Source: a virus
Lineage: Duplodnaviria > Caudoviricetes
Length of the DNA stretch: 64,000 bases
Direction: 5' to 3' (one strand)
Virus record (IMG/VR): IMGVR_UViG_3300029288_000063
Coordinates: 32,001 to 96,000 of that record
Below are positions 28,245-36,507 of this stretch, piece after piece (position 1 is the stretch's first letter; each line of letters opens with the position of its first letter). The notes under the pieces were generated by a model. It was not told the DNA's origin. It did no database searches and saw only the letters and a program-made list of their open reading frames with translations. The position numbers and the translations under genes were made by a program.

Positions 28245-28538
28245 ATGCCAGTAGACCGTCGTGATGTAGACAAGCATCATCCTTTGAAGGGTGTTCAACG
28301 CCGGAAGGAATTGAAGCGGAAGCGTGTTTACAATCGCAAGCACAAGACGGAATTGAATCACAAGATGGATCGCATAGAGAAAAAAGATTGTTATGGGAAG
28401 CCGAAGGGTTGCAGTCGTGAGAAGCGTCGTTGGCGTTTTCCTAGGACGGGTGGGTTTTCACAAAAACTGGTTAATGACATTATTGCATCGGAGCTTTTGG
28501 TTATTGCGCGTTTGCTTGTTTCGTCGTCGTCCCTTTAG
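28245..28538 (+). CDS. Highly basic protein with C-terminal tag (IASELLVIARLLVS)
   Basis: Arg/Lys-rich; tag at 28482-28523. Confidence 0.65.
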   Translation: MPVDRRDVDKHHPLKGVQRRKELKRKRVYNRKHKTELNHKMDRIEKKDCYGKPKGCSREKRRWRFPRTGGFSQKLVNDIIASELLVIARLLVSSSSL

Positions 28539-28552
28539 GGGAGGGTTTAATT

Positions 28553-28858
28553 ATGCGCCGGTATGAGATGTTAGTTGCGGGTTCCAAGAGTATTCGAGGT
28601 ATTCGTTCTCGTGATTTTTTCAATGGTGATATGTCCTCTGTGTTGGACGAATTATTTCGGACTATTGTGACTGTTCTTGTGTGTGTGTTGGTATTTGGTG
28701 TTGTTGCGTTTGTTGGTATTGATGTAGCGGCTATTTGCGCGATGGTTGGTTTTTGGGGTGTATGGGCGTTGTGGGTGAAGGTTTTGTCTGTGTTTGGGTT
28801 TGTTTTGGCGAACGGATTTGTTTTAGGTTTTATTTTATGGTTGCGTCAGGGGGTCTAA
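28553..28858 (+). CDS. Membrane protein (2 TM)
   Basis: Long hydrophobic stretches; GAGG RBS. Confidence 0.6.
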   Translation: MRRYEMLVAGSKSIRGIRSRDFFNGDMSSVLDELFRTIVTVLVCVLVFGVVAFVGIDVAAICAMVGFWGVWALWVKVLSVFGFVLANGFVLGFILWLRQGV

Positions 28859-28861
28859 AAA

Positions 28862-29176
28862 ATGAGCGAGAACGGTCAGAGTCGTGATAGTGGTTTTGTT
28901 GATTCGTTGCTTTCGACATGGCGGAAGGACGCGTTGGTTTTATCGGGTCATTTTGCGAAGTTATGGGCGGCGAAGTTTATGGATGGTTTACGTGCTCGTG
29001 GGAAAGATTTTGGTGAGGAGTACGGTGAGGGTGCTGAGTGTGTGTATGTGAGTTCGGGGATATCCGCAATGCAGGCGGAGATGTTGAAGGCTGAGAAATC
29101 AGTGGAGCGGAGTTGCAAGGTTCGTTCGGCTGTTGCGGCCGAGATGTTGAAGGTTGCCCGCGAGCTGTTGTCGTAA
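28862..29176 (+). CDS. Hypothetical protein with C-terminal tag (VAAEMLKVARELLS)
   Basis: The tag forms the exact C-terminus. Confidence 0.65.
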   Translation: MSENGQSRDSGFVDSLLSTWRKDALVLSGHFAKLWAAKFMDGLRARGKDFGEEYGEGAECVYVSSGISAMQAEMLKAEKSVERSCKVRSAVAAEMLKVARELLS

Positions 29177-29214
29177 CGACGCAATAATCGAAAATAGGAT
29201 AGATTGGAGTTTCG

Positions 29215-29616
29215 ATGGACACTAAGACAGCGATGAATCTTGTAAAGAAGTATGGGACGTCGAAGGCGGCGGCGGAGGCAGCCGGTGTATCGCGTCATGT
29301 TATTTTCCGTGCGTTGAAGAAGGGTCGTATTTCGGCGGAGTGTGGTAGTGCCGAAAAGCGGAAGACGTTGACATCGTTTCGGGAGTTATATGACCGGAGT
29401 TTTATTGTTCCGAAGCGGATTAAGGCGGCGTTGAAGATGTTGGGGAATGGTTGGGAGTATGAGGTTGACTTTGCGAAGTTGGCCGGTGTTTCTCTTTCTG
29501 AGTTGTCGACCCACAGAGATGATTTTCCAGACAACGTGGTTCAGATAGGTCGTGATGGTCGTCGTGCGTGGGCTGGTACGAAATCTTTGGCGGCCCAGAT
29601 GCGGAATATGATTTAA
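29215..29616 (+). CDS. HTH-containing protein
   Basis: KYGTSKAAAEAAGVSRHVIFRAL. Confidence 0.7.
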   Translation: MDTKTAMNLVKKYGTSKAAAEAAGVSRHVIFRALKKGRISAECGSAEKRKTLTSFRELYDRSFIVPKRIKAALKMLGNGWEYEVDFAKLAGVSLSELSTHRDDFPDNVVQIGRDGRRAWAGTKSLAAQMRNMI

Positions 29617-29633
29617 TCAGAAGGAGAAGAACC

Positions 29634-30473
29634 GTGGCGAAGAACTTATCTGATTTTGAGAAGGCACATGGCACTCCGAAGATCAAGTCGTTGGAGCGTC
29701 GTTTAGCGGCGGAGCGTGAGAAGGTAGCGGCGTTGAGTGGTATTCAGCATCGTGTTGCCGTGGAGCGTCGTAAGTCGTGCAATCTTCGTTTTGCTTTGAT
29801 TGGTGATTTGCATATTGGCAGTTTGTATGCCCATGAGGGTGCGTTGGAGGGTTTTTTCCGGCACTTGGAGTCGGAGGGCATCAAGGACTGTTATGTGACG
29901 GGTGACGTGTTGGATGGTCATCGGATTTACAAGGGTCAGGAGTTTGAGGTTCGTGATGTTGGTTTGGATGCGCAGTTGGCGCGTTTGGAAAGTTTGGACC
30001 TTTCCGACAAGGTGAATGTGAGTTTTATTACGGGGAACCATGATGCCTCGTTCAAGCATTTGTGTGGTGTTTCGGTTGGGAAGGCGATATCGGATATTCG
30101 TCCGGGCTGGAAGTTTTTGGGTGAAGACCAAGCGCGGGTGAAGTTTGAAACGCCGTCGGGTCCGTATGAAATCATGTTGTTGCATCCGGGCGGTGGTTCT
30201 GCGTACGCTGTTTCGTACAAGCCGCAGAAAATTGCGGAGCAGCTTGAGGGCGGCAACAAGCCGAACATGCTGTGCATTGGTCATTTTCACAAGGCGGAGA
30301 TGGTTCCGATGTATAGGAACATTTGCCTTGTTCAGACGGGGACCTTTTGTCGGCAAACTCCGTTTATGGCGCGGCAGGGTTTGGCGGCGCATGTTGGTGG
30401 GTGGGTTTTTGAGGTTTTTGTTGGCGAAGACCACAATTCGATTCGTGGTGAGTTTGTTGCTGTTTACATCTGA
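29634..30473 (+). CDS. Calcineurin-like metallophosphoesterase
   Basis: GDLHIG, GDVLDG, GNHD, HP, GHFH motifs. Confidence 0.9.
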   Translation: MAKNLSDFEKAHGTPKIKSLERRLAAEREKVAALSGIQHRVAVERRKSCNLRFALIGDLHIGSLYAHEGALEGFFRHLESEGIKDCYVTGDVLDGHRIYKGQEFEVRDVGLDAQLARLESLDLSDKVNVSFITGNHDASFKHLCGVSVGKAISDIRPGWKFLGEDQARVKFETPSGPYEIMLLHPGGGSAYAVSYKPQKIAEQLEGGNKPNMLCIGHFHKAEMVPMYRNICLVQTGTFCRQTPFMARQGLAAHVGGWVFEVFVGEDHNSIRGEFVAVYI

Positions 30474-30482
30474 AGGGGGTTT

Positions 30483-30887
30483 GTGATGGGTGCCGAGAGA
30501 ATAGCCGGTGAGTTGATGGTGTTGGCGCGTGAGCTTATTGGTGGTGTTGTGAGTGCCGAGGAGTATAACGCGCTGGACATTGACGGGCTGTCGAAAGCCG
30601 CATCGTCTGTGTTTGGTTTTCCTGTAAAGCTTGACGGTGCGAGCGCCAAGAAGTACGGGCGTGGCGGGTATGAGTTTCGGATGGAACTGAGTCCTCGTGA
30701 TGCAGGTAAGCTTTCCCGGATGTTCAAGGCGATATGGGTTGTTGCGACTATTCACGCGGATGTTCCGGAAAAGGTTTGGTGTTCGCTTGGGTTCCGTTAT
30801 GACCATCCGGCGGGTGGTTCGAATGGTTATTCTATTGGTGGTGGTCGTTTTAACGGGTCGTCGTGGTCTGTAAACTATTCTGGATAA
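30483..30887 (+). CDS. Hypothetical protein with N-terminal tag (IAGELMVLARELIG)
   Basis: Tag at 30501-30542. Confidence 0.7.
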   Translation: MMGAERIAGELMVLARELIGGVVSAEEYNALDIDGLSKAASSVFGFPVKLDGASAKKYGRGGYEFRMELSPRDAGKLSRMFKAIWVVATIHADVPEKVWCSLGFRYDHPAGGSNGYSIGGGRFNGSSWSVNYSG

Positions 30888-30895
30888 GGTTTCGT

Positions 30896-31267
30896 ATGCA
30901 TACTCCAAGGATTCGGAACATTGTGACGTCATCCGGGTATATCGAGTTTGAGGCGATACCGTCGTGGTATCAAATTGAGGTGTATTCATATACCCGGCAC
31001 AAAGTGGGTTCCCATGTGAAGAATAGTGGCTTTGTTTATACTGACCATATTGGGAAGCGTTATCACCTTCGTTGTCGTTTGAAGCGTGGTGTGAACTCGT
31101 GGACTGTGCCGGAGTCGTTTTTCCGTCATAACAAGCACAACTACTTCAAATTCTCCTTGCGGGATTCTATTTCTGGCGAGTTGTCGGAGTTGGGTGGGGT
31201 GACGGTGAAGACGGTGAAGATGGTTGAGTGGGAACAAGTTGGTTCCCGTGTGTATATGGTTCATTGA
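30896..31267 (+). CDS. Hypothetical protein
   Basis: Packed ORF. Confidence 0.6.
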   Translation: MHTPRIRNIVTSSGYIEFEAIPSWYQIEVYSYTRHKVGSHVKNSGFVYTDHIGKRYHLRCRLKRGVNSWTVPESFFRHNKHNYFKFSLRDSISGELSELGGVTVKTVKMVEWEQVGSRVYMVH

Positions 31268-31385
31268 AAAATAGAGCAAGGGGACAACACGTAGACTACC
31301 CAGTTCCGAGAATGTCCACGTGACTATCCACCGGGACAAGGGAGTCTCTAATGTTCCCTAAACCTCGTTTATTTAGGAGCAAGAA

Positions 31386-31685
31386 ATGAAAAAGACATTA
31401 GTTGCGAAGGAAATGCTTGTTCTTGCGCGTGCTTTGGTGGCTGCGCCGTCTGAGGGTGAGCGTGTTGTGGTTGTGGATGCGATAGCGAAGACGCGTGAGC
31501 TTCTTTCGTCTTTAGATATGCTGGTAGACAAGATGTCGTACTCGAAGGAGAAAGATATCTCGTTGCAGGCGAAGCGTGTGCGTAGCATCAATACGGTGAA
31601 GCAGGCTATGTCGTCTCTTTCCAATGCGCACAAGGCGTTGGCGGGTGCGTTTCATTTGGGCTATTTTTCGACGTCGAACAGGTGA
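31386..31685 (+). CDS. Hypothetical protein with N-terminal tag (VAKEMLVLARALVA)
   Basis: AGGAG RBS; tag at 31401-31442. Confidence 0.7.
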   Translation: MKKTLVAKEMLVLARALVAAPSEGERVVVVDAIAKTRELLSSLDMLVDKMSYSKEKDISLQAKRVRSINTVKQAMSSLSNAHKALAGAFHLGYFSTSNR

Positions 31686-31688
31686 GTC

Positions 31689-32921
31689 ATGGCCAAGCTT
31701 GATAAAAACTTTTTTGACTATTCCGACCTTGCAAAGCAAGAGTGGCGGTCGTTGGTGGTTAAGGCGAAAGATGCGTCCAGTATCGTTTTCGATTTAGAGA
31801 ACGATGAGTCCGTGGAGCAGCGTCGTGTTGCCGTGGATACGCCCGAGGACGCGTTTGAGTCTGCCCGAGGTGGGATGGTAGATGAAAAGGCTCGGTTCAA
31901 GTGTGAGCTTTGTAAGGCGGGTGGTGATTGGCAGCAGTCGACGTATTACTTCCGTTGCCAGAAATATGAGGGTTCGGCAGGGATAATTGGCGATGGCAGG
32001 TTTTGTTTGGTGCCGTCGAAAGAGCGTGGGAATGTTACACTTGTGAAGAGTGAAAAGGGTAAGTGGGTTCCGCAGGATGCCAATAAGGAATTGGGGCGGG
32101 ACTTTGACGCTGAGGCGAAGTTGTGTTGGGATTCCCTTCCTGATATGTTGGGGGAGTATATTGTGATGAAACGTAAAGACTTTGAGAAGATGGCGAGCCG
32201 GGTGGCGTCGGATCCTTCCGTGTTGTATATGAGTGTTCCGATGGTTGGTCGTCTGAATCTGAATCAAGAGGGCGGCTCGTATGGCATTTTGGAAATTTCG
32301 GAAGACTTCAAGCGGTCTGTGTTTGAAGCCATTCGTGAGCCGGGTATGGAGTACGATGGTGAGTATAAAGCCCACATCTCTGTGTTCACAGAAGACGAGA
32401 TGGGTCAGCTTGTTCATCCGATTGAGGAGAGCGGGAAGGCGTTCAGATTCTCGTTGCGCTCGATTGAGACGGTCGAGCCGGAAGGTTGGGACGAGATGGA
32501 GCGGGTTTGGTTTGTCACGGTTGAATCACCTGAGTTGGAGGCGTTGCGTTTGAAGTATGGTTTTCCGGCGAAGCTGAATGGTGGGCACGAATTCCACATT
32601 ACGGTTGCCGTGAAGCCGAATGTGCGTCCATGTCTTGAAAACAGAATAAGTGCGATGGTATTGCGTGTCGCGTCGTGGTCGGTAGCATCGTGCGATTTGA
32701 TTCGTACTGCAAAACCTTTGATTTCCGATATTCGCGTGGACACCAAGAAATGGCAGTTCTCATCGGGGCGTAAAATCCCTAGCGGGCGTGGGGCGTGGGC
32801 GTTCGAGATAGGTGGGGAAGAGGTTATGATTCCCGGCACCCTCCAATATGCTGATGCGAAAAAGAAGGCCGTTGAGATGGCGAAGGCGAAGGGTGTCAGG
32901 TCTATCGTGTTATTGCCGTGA
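31689..32921 (+). CDS. Multidomain protein with a central 2H phosphoesterase domain
   Basis: Two Hx[ST] motifs (AHISV, FHITV); domains separated by RVAS-containing linkers. Confidence 0.75.
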   Translation: MAKLDKNFFDYSDLAKQEWRSLVVKAKDASSIVFDLENDESVEQRRVAVDTPEDAFESARGGMVDEKARFKCELCKAGGDWQQSTYYFRCQKYEGSAGIIGDGRFCLVPSKERGNVTLVKSEKGKWVPQDANKELGRDFDAEAKLCWDSLPDMLGEYIVMKRKDFEKMASRVASDPSVLYMSVPMVGRLNLNQEGGSYGILEISEDFKRSVFEAIREPGMEYDGEYKAHISVFTEDEMGQLVHPIEESGKAFRFSLRSIETVEPEGWDEMERVWFVTVESPELEALRLKYGFPAKLNGGHEFHITVAVKPNVRPCLENRISAMVLRVASWSVASCDLIRTAKPLISDIRVDTKKWQFSSGRKIPSGRGAWAFEIGGEEVMIPGTLQYADAKKKAVEMAKAKGVRSIVLLP

Positions 32922-32932
32922 GGTGAGGTGAT

Positions 32933-34615
32933 ATGGGTGATGCGCCGAGAGTTGTGATTTTGTCGTTTATTCCCCAGTATGGGGAGTTGACGTTTTTCAT
33001 TGGTGACAAGAAGTATGTTGCCAGTGGTGTTTCACCGTTTCACAAGAAACAGGTTGAATATATGTTGAAGCACGGTGCGAATGGACGTGCCATTAACTAC
33101 CTGAAGAAATTCAACCCGGAAAGGCTTGGTCAGAAGTTGGCGAAAGAATTGGTTGGTGTTGCAAGGTTGTTGTTGGCGTCCAGTTCGGAGAAAGAGGTGG
33201 AGCGGTTGCTTCGTGTTGTTTTACGGGGCACACAATGGGCAGGAAAGGCGCACGCCGTTGGTGGCTATGTCCGGGACGAGTTCATGGGTTTGGACGCGAA
33301 AGACTTGGATATCGTCGTTTCTGTGCCGGGCGGGTCTGAGAAGTTGACGAGGTATTTGTTCGGGTTGTTTCCCGGCTCCATAACCAATCCGCACCAAATG
33401 GGCGCGTCATATCCAATTTGGCAGATAACGTTCAGGGATGATATTGTCTTGGACGGTGAGGTCTATAAGACAAAGGGTGCGGTGATTGAGTTTGCTGATA
33501 CCATGAAGGAGCAATTCCCTGATGATACGTCGCGTCAGCGGAGTGTGCAGCCGGGGACGCTTGAGGAAGATATCGAGCGTCGTGATTTCACGACGAATAT
33601 GCTTTTGAAGGACCTTTCGACCGGTGAGATTGTTGATCTTACCGGTGTGAGTAAGAACGACATCGAGAAGGGTATCCTGCGCGGGCACCCCCGTGTTTCG
33701 CTGGATAAGATTTTCAGTGACGACCCATTGCGGATGATTCGACTTGTTCGGTTTCAGTGCAAGTATGGGTGGTCTATTCCGAAATCGGTTTTGCGGACAG
33801 TTCAGCGTAATGCGAGGCGGATTGAGATTGTTTCGGCCGAGCGCATTATGGGTGAGCTGACAAAGGTTATGAAGATTGGTAAATTGTCACAAGCCATCCG
33901 CCTGATGAAAATCACCGGGCTGTTGCAGTACGTGTTGCCGGAGGTTCAGGCGATGGTCGGGGTCAAGCAGCAGAAGGAGTTTCACGCCGAGGGTGATGTG
34001 TTCCGTCACACGTTGGCTGTTTTGCGTAATGCCCCGGCGACGGTTGAAGGGCAGTTGGCGGCGTTGCTTCATGATGTTGGGAAACCGGCGTCGCAGGAGA
34101 TGGTTGGGGAGGCGATTCACTTCTATGGTCACGAAGAGGTTGGGGCTGAGATGGCCTCGGCAATCCTGTATCGCCTGAAGTTTGACGCGGCGACTATCAA
34201 GAAGGTTGTTTCTGTTGTTCGGAGCCACATGCGTCCGTATCACCTTGTGAAGTCGGATGGAAAGGCAATTCGGAAGTTCATTCGAGACCTTGGTGACGAG
34301 GTTGTTGATGCGGTTTTGGATCAAGCCGAGGCGGACGAAAAGGGCAGTTTGCCTGTTGGGGACGACGTGTCGGTTGTGCGGGAAAAGATTCGCAAGGTGC
34401 GTGAATCGCCTGTGCAGGTGAAGAAGTTGCCGGTTTTGAATGGTCGTGAGATTATGTCCATTCTTGGTATTGGTCAGAACGAAAGGGATAGGCTGCCCGA
34501 GATTGGTGAGGCGGGAAAGTTCCTTTTGGATTTGGCGGATGAATATGCGTCTCACGGTGAAGAGTTGAGTAAGGGAGATGCGGCGAAGGCTTTGAGGAAA
34601 AGGATGTCGTTATGA
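32933..34615 (+). CDS. cca: CCA-adding tRNA nucleotidyltransferase with HD domain and N-terminal extension/tag
   Basis: VGGYVRD...KDLD, EEDIERRDFT, DDPLRMIR, HAEGDVFRHT, LLHDVGK, GHE. Confidence 0.93.
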   Translation: MGDAPRVVILSFIPQYGELTFFIGDKKYVASGVSPFHKKQVEYMLKHGANGRAINYLKKFNPERLGQKLAKELVGVARLLLASSSEKEVERLLRVVLRGTQWAGKAHAVGGYVRDEFMGLDAKDLDIVVSVPGGSEKLTRYLFGLFPGSITNPHQMGASYPIWQITFRDDIVLDGEVYKTKGAVIEFADTMKEQFPDDTSRQRSVQPGTLEEDIERRDFTTNMLLKDLSTGEIVDLTGVSKNDIEKGILRGHPRVSLDKIFSDDPLRMIRLVRFQCKYGWSIPKSVLRTVQRNARRIEIVSAERIMGELTKVMKIGKLSQAIRLMKITGLLQYVLPEVQAMVGVKQQKEFHAEGDVFRHTLAVLRNAPATVEGQLAALLHDVGKPASQEMVGEAIHFYGHEEVGAEMASAILYRLKFDAATIKKVVSVVRSHMRPYHLVKSDGKAIRKFIRDLGDEVVDAVLDQAEADEKGSLPVGDDVSVVREKIRKVRESPVQVKKLPVLNGREIMSILGIGQNERDRLPEIGEAGKFLLDLADEYASHGEELSKGDAAKALRKRMSL

Positions 34616-35007
34616 GACCAGCTATAGCAATGCGTTTGTTGCGGTTGGCGAAGGAACTTGTTTCTGCCGACGTGTCGGAACAGGATGTTGCGAAGTTCCT
34701 TTTTGAAAATCCGAACCCGTCCGACAAGGCTGTTCATGATTGGGCGGAAGGTCAGGGTTTGAATGTCCACAAGGTGGAGGAGCATATCTACCGTTTGGCG
34801 ACGAAGTTTGCCCATATTCTGAATGGCGGGTTGGCTGCGAAGAAGGGTTTCAAGAAAGAGGATGCCGACCCGAAGGAATTGGCGATGGGTGTAAAGGTGG
34901 AAATGGAGCACACATCTGATAAAGATGTGGCTGAGGTTATTGCGTTGTCACATTTGGCGGAGTTGAAGAACTACTATTCGCGTCTGAAAAAGATGGAGGG
35001 TGAGTGA
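34612..35007 (+). CDS. DUF5661-like protein with N-terminal tag
   Basis: MGVKVEMEHT...IALSHLAE..YYSRL; tag IAMRLLRLAKELVS. Confidence 0.75.
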   Translation: MRPAIAMRLLRLAKELVSADVSEQDVAKFLFENPNPSDKAVHDWAEGQGLNVHKVEEHIYRLATKFAHILNGGLAAKKGFKKEDADPKELAMGVKVEMEHTSDKDVAEVIALSHLAELKNYYSRLKKMEGE

Positions 35008-35216
35008 TGGACAGGATGATGGTTGCAGAGAAGTTGGTTCGTATGGCGAAGTCCCTTATGGGTCGTGAGTTGAGTGAGAAGCAGAAGGAGTATCAGGAAT
35101 ATTTCCTCGACATGCTCGACAAGTACGGTGTTGAGACACCCGCAGATATGGACGAAGAGACAAAGAAGAAGTTTTTCAGCGAAATCAGCAGTGGTTGGAA
35201 GGGTGGAAAATCATGA
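35004..35216 (+). CDS. Small protein with N-terminal tag (VAEKLVRMAKSLMG)
   Basis: Tag followed by a compact YQEYF...KYGV..PAD...KKKFF...W domain. Confidence 0.7.
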   Translation: MMDRMMVAEKLVRMAKSLMGRELSEKQKEYQEYFLDMLDKYGVETPADMDEETKKKFFSEISSGWKGGKS

Positions 35217-35602
35217 AGAGGACTGCCGTGGTGAGGGAGATTATTGCCCTTGCGAAATCGTTGGTTGCCGCCCCGGTGGCTGCGAAGTTTTCTGCCCGTT
35301 ACAATCAGTGGTCCGGCGGGCGTCAGGCGAACATTTCCGTGGACGTTGAGTTGCGCTTTACCGATGCAGATGCGCGTGATTTGTCGAGTGCCATACTGAG
35401 TGCCGAGGCAAAGGTTGGGAAGATTGCAGAGGCTATTGGTGCGAAAAACAACGAGTGGTATCAGGACGAAGGTTGGTCGTCCGATAACGGGAGGCTGTTT
35501 TCGACGTATCAGATTGAGCCGCGTGACATAAAGGTCGAGTTGCTTCCCGACGTGTTCAAAAAGTTCAATGTTCCGTTGTTTGGGGATTTCATGGACGACT
35601 GA
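35213..35602 (+). CDS. Hypothetical protein with N-terminal tag (VVREIIALAKSLVA)
   Basis: ATGA coupling; tag at 35228-35269. Confidence 0.7.
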   Translation: MKRTAVVREIIALAKSLVAAPVAAKFSARYNQWSGGRQANISVDVELRFTDADARDLSSAILSAEAKVGKIAEAIGAKNNEWYQDEGWSSDNGRLFSTYQIEPRDIKVELLPDVFKKFNVPLFGDFMDD

Positions 35603-35737
35603 AAGTTTTTATTTTTTTTCGTTTTTTATTTGCCTGTGTTCGATGTTTGTGTATAGTCAGTTGATGCGGCGCGGTACGGTTTGATAGCAAACACTTCGAT
35701 TGGCAGTATGTCGACGCGCTTGTTCTTTGACAAATGA

Positions 35738-36010
35738 ACCCAACACGCTTACTGTCGGGGATACTTCATGACTCAGACAGAACAAGGGGGGCTTCGGTTC
35801 AAGTAGCCGAACGCTTTCGTTGAAATTCTTTACTTGTGACGGCGTGGAAAGCACACGCTAGTGAGCGGGGAAAGCCGCTCTGACTATCGGAAAATAAGAC
35901 CGATTGACCGTGGGGAAAGTCCCAATGACGGAGGTGAAAGGACCTCGACTGCCGTCCTTATATGAGGACATTGTGTGGCAGCTTGCCTCGGCAAACCATT
36001 GGTGTTGGGT
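35738..36010 (+). ncRNA. Candidate ~270-nt structured ncRNA
   Basis: 9-bp closing helix ACCCAACAC/GTGTTGGGT enclosing a series of hairpins with GAAA(G)-containing loops; no credible ORF; upstream of the tRNA and Ro60. Confidence 0.55.
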
Positions 36011-36020
36011 GAAGTTATTT

Positions 36021-36089
36021 TGTCCGCTCTTCAGTCAAGGGTTACTTCTGGATGAAAAGTCTCTTGGCGATTTTTGGCGGACATTTTTT
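36021..36089 (+). ncRNA. Candidate Y-RNA-like stem-loop
   Basis: TGTCCGC/GCGGACA terminal stem, inner GTCAAGGG/CTCTTGGC helix, U-tract end; close to the TROVE gene. Confidence 0.4.
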
Positions 36090-36124
36090 ACGGCATTCTT
36101 CAGAAGATGGTGATTGGAGTAGTC

Positions 36125-36226
36125 ATGGCGAAGAAGGTTGTTGGTGCGGTTTCCAAGGTCAAGCCGAAGGTCAAGCGTGTTGTTGCCTCGAATGAGGCGA
36201 AGGTGACCAAGGGTCGCAAGAAATAA
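36125..36226 (+). CDS. 33-aa Lys-rich basic peptide (not in the ORF track)
   Basis: GGAG RBS; MAKKVVGAVSKVKPKVKRVVASNEAKVTKGRKK*. Confidence 0.55.
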   Translation: MAKKVVGAVSKVKPKVKRVVASNEAKVTKGRKK

Positions 36227-36229
36227 CAT

Positions 36230-36321
36230 TGCGGGGTCGAGTAGTCTGGATATGCTCATCGGTCTCATAAGCCGGTAGGGGATGAAACCCCTCGAAGGTT
36301 CAAATCCTTCCCCCGCGTCCA
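36230..36321 (+). tRNA. tRNA with CAU anticodon (fMet/Met-like body), long variable arm, encoded CCA
   Basis: Acceptor TGCGGGG/CCCCGCG, D arm GAGT/GCTC, anticodon loop CTCATAA (CAT at 36266-68), T arm GAAGG-TTCAAAT-CCTTC, 3' T-CCA. Confidence 0.9.
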
Positions 36322-36358
36322 CTATAAAATGTTCCGCGCCATGCGCCGAGCATTATGG

Positions 36359-36380
36359 GGCTGCCTTCGGGCAGCCTTTT
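36359..36380 (+). terminator. Terminator-like hairpin after the tRNA
   Basis: GGCTGCC-TTCG-GGCAGCC-TTTT. Confidence 0.7.
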
Positions 36381-36507
36381 AAAACAATAAAAGCATTTTT
36401 TCGGTATCAAGCGATAACGAATAGAAACGTGCACTTGTGTCATTTGGCGGGACAACAATCCCGCCCTTCCGCGCCCCGATAAGGCGCGATAGAATGGAGG
36501 TAGTATT

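Noticed and set aside
35775-35925. RNase P RNA-like words (GGAAAGTCC, ACAGAAC)
   Set aside because: They are in the wrong order and no P4 pairing is visible; kept only as a generic ncRNA candidate.
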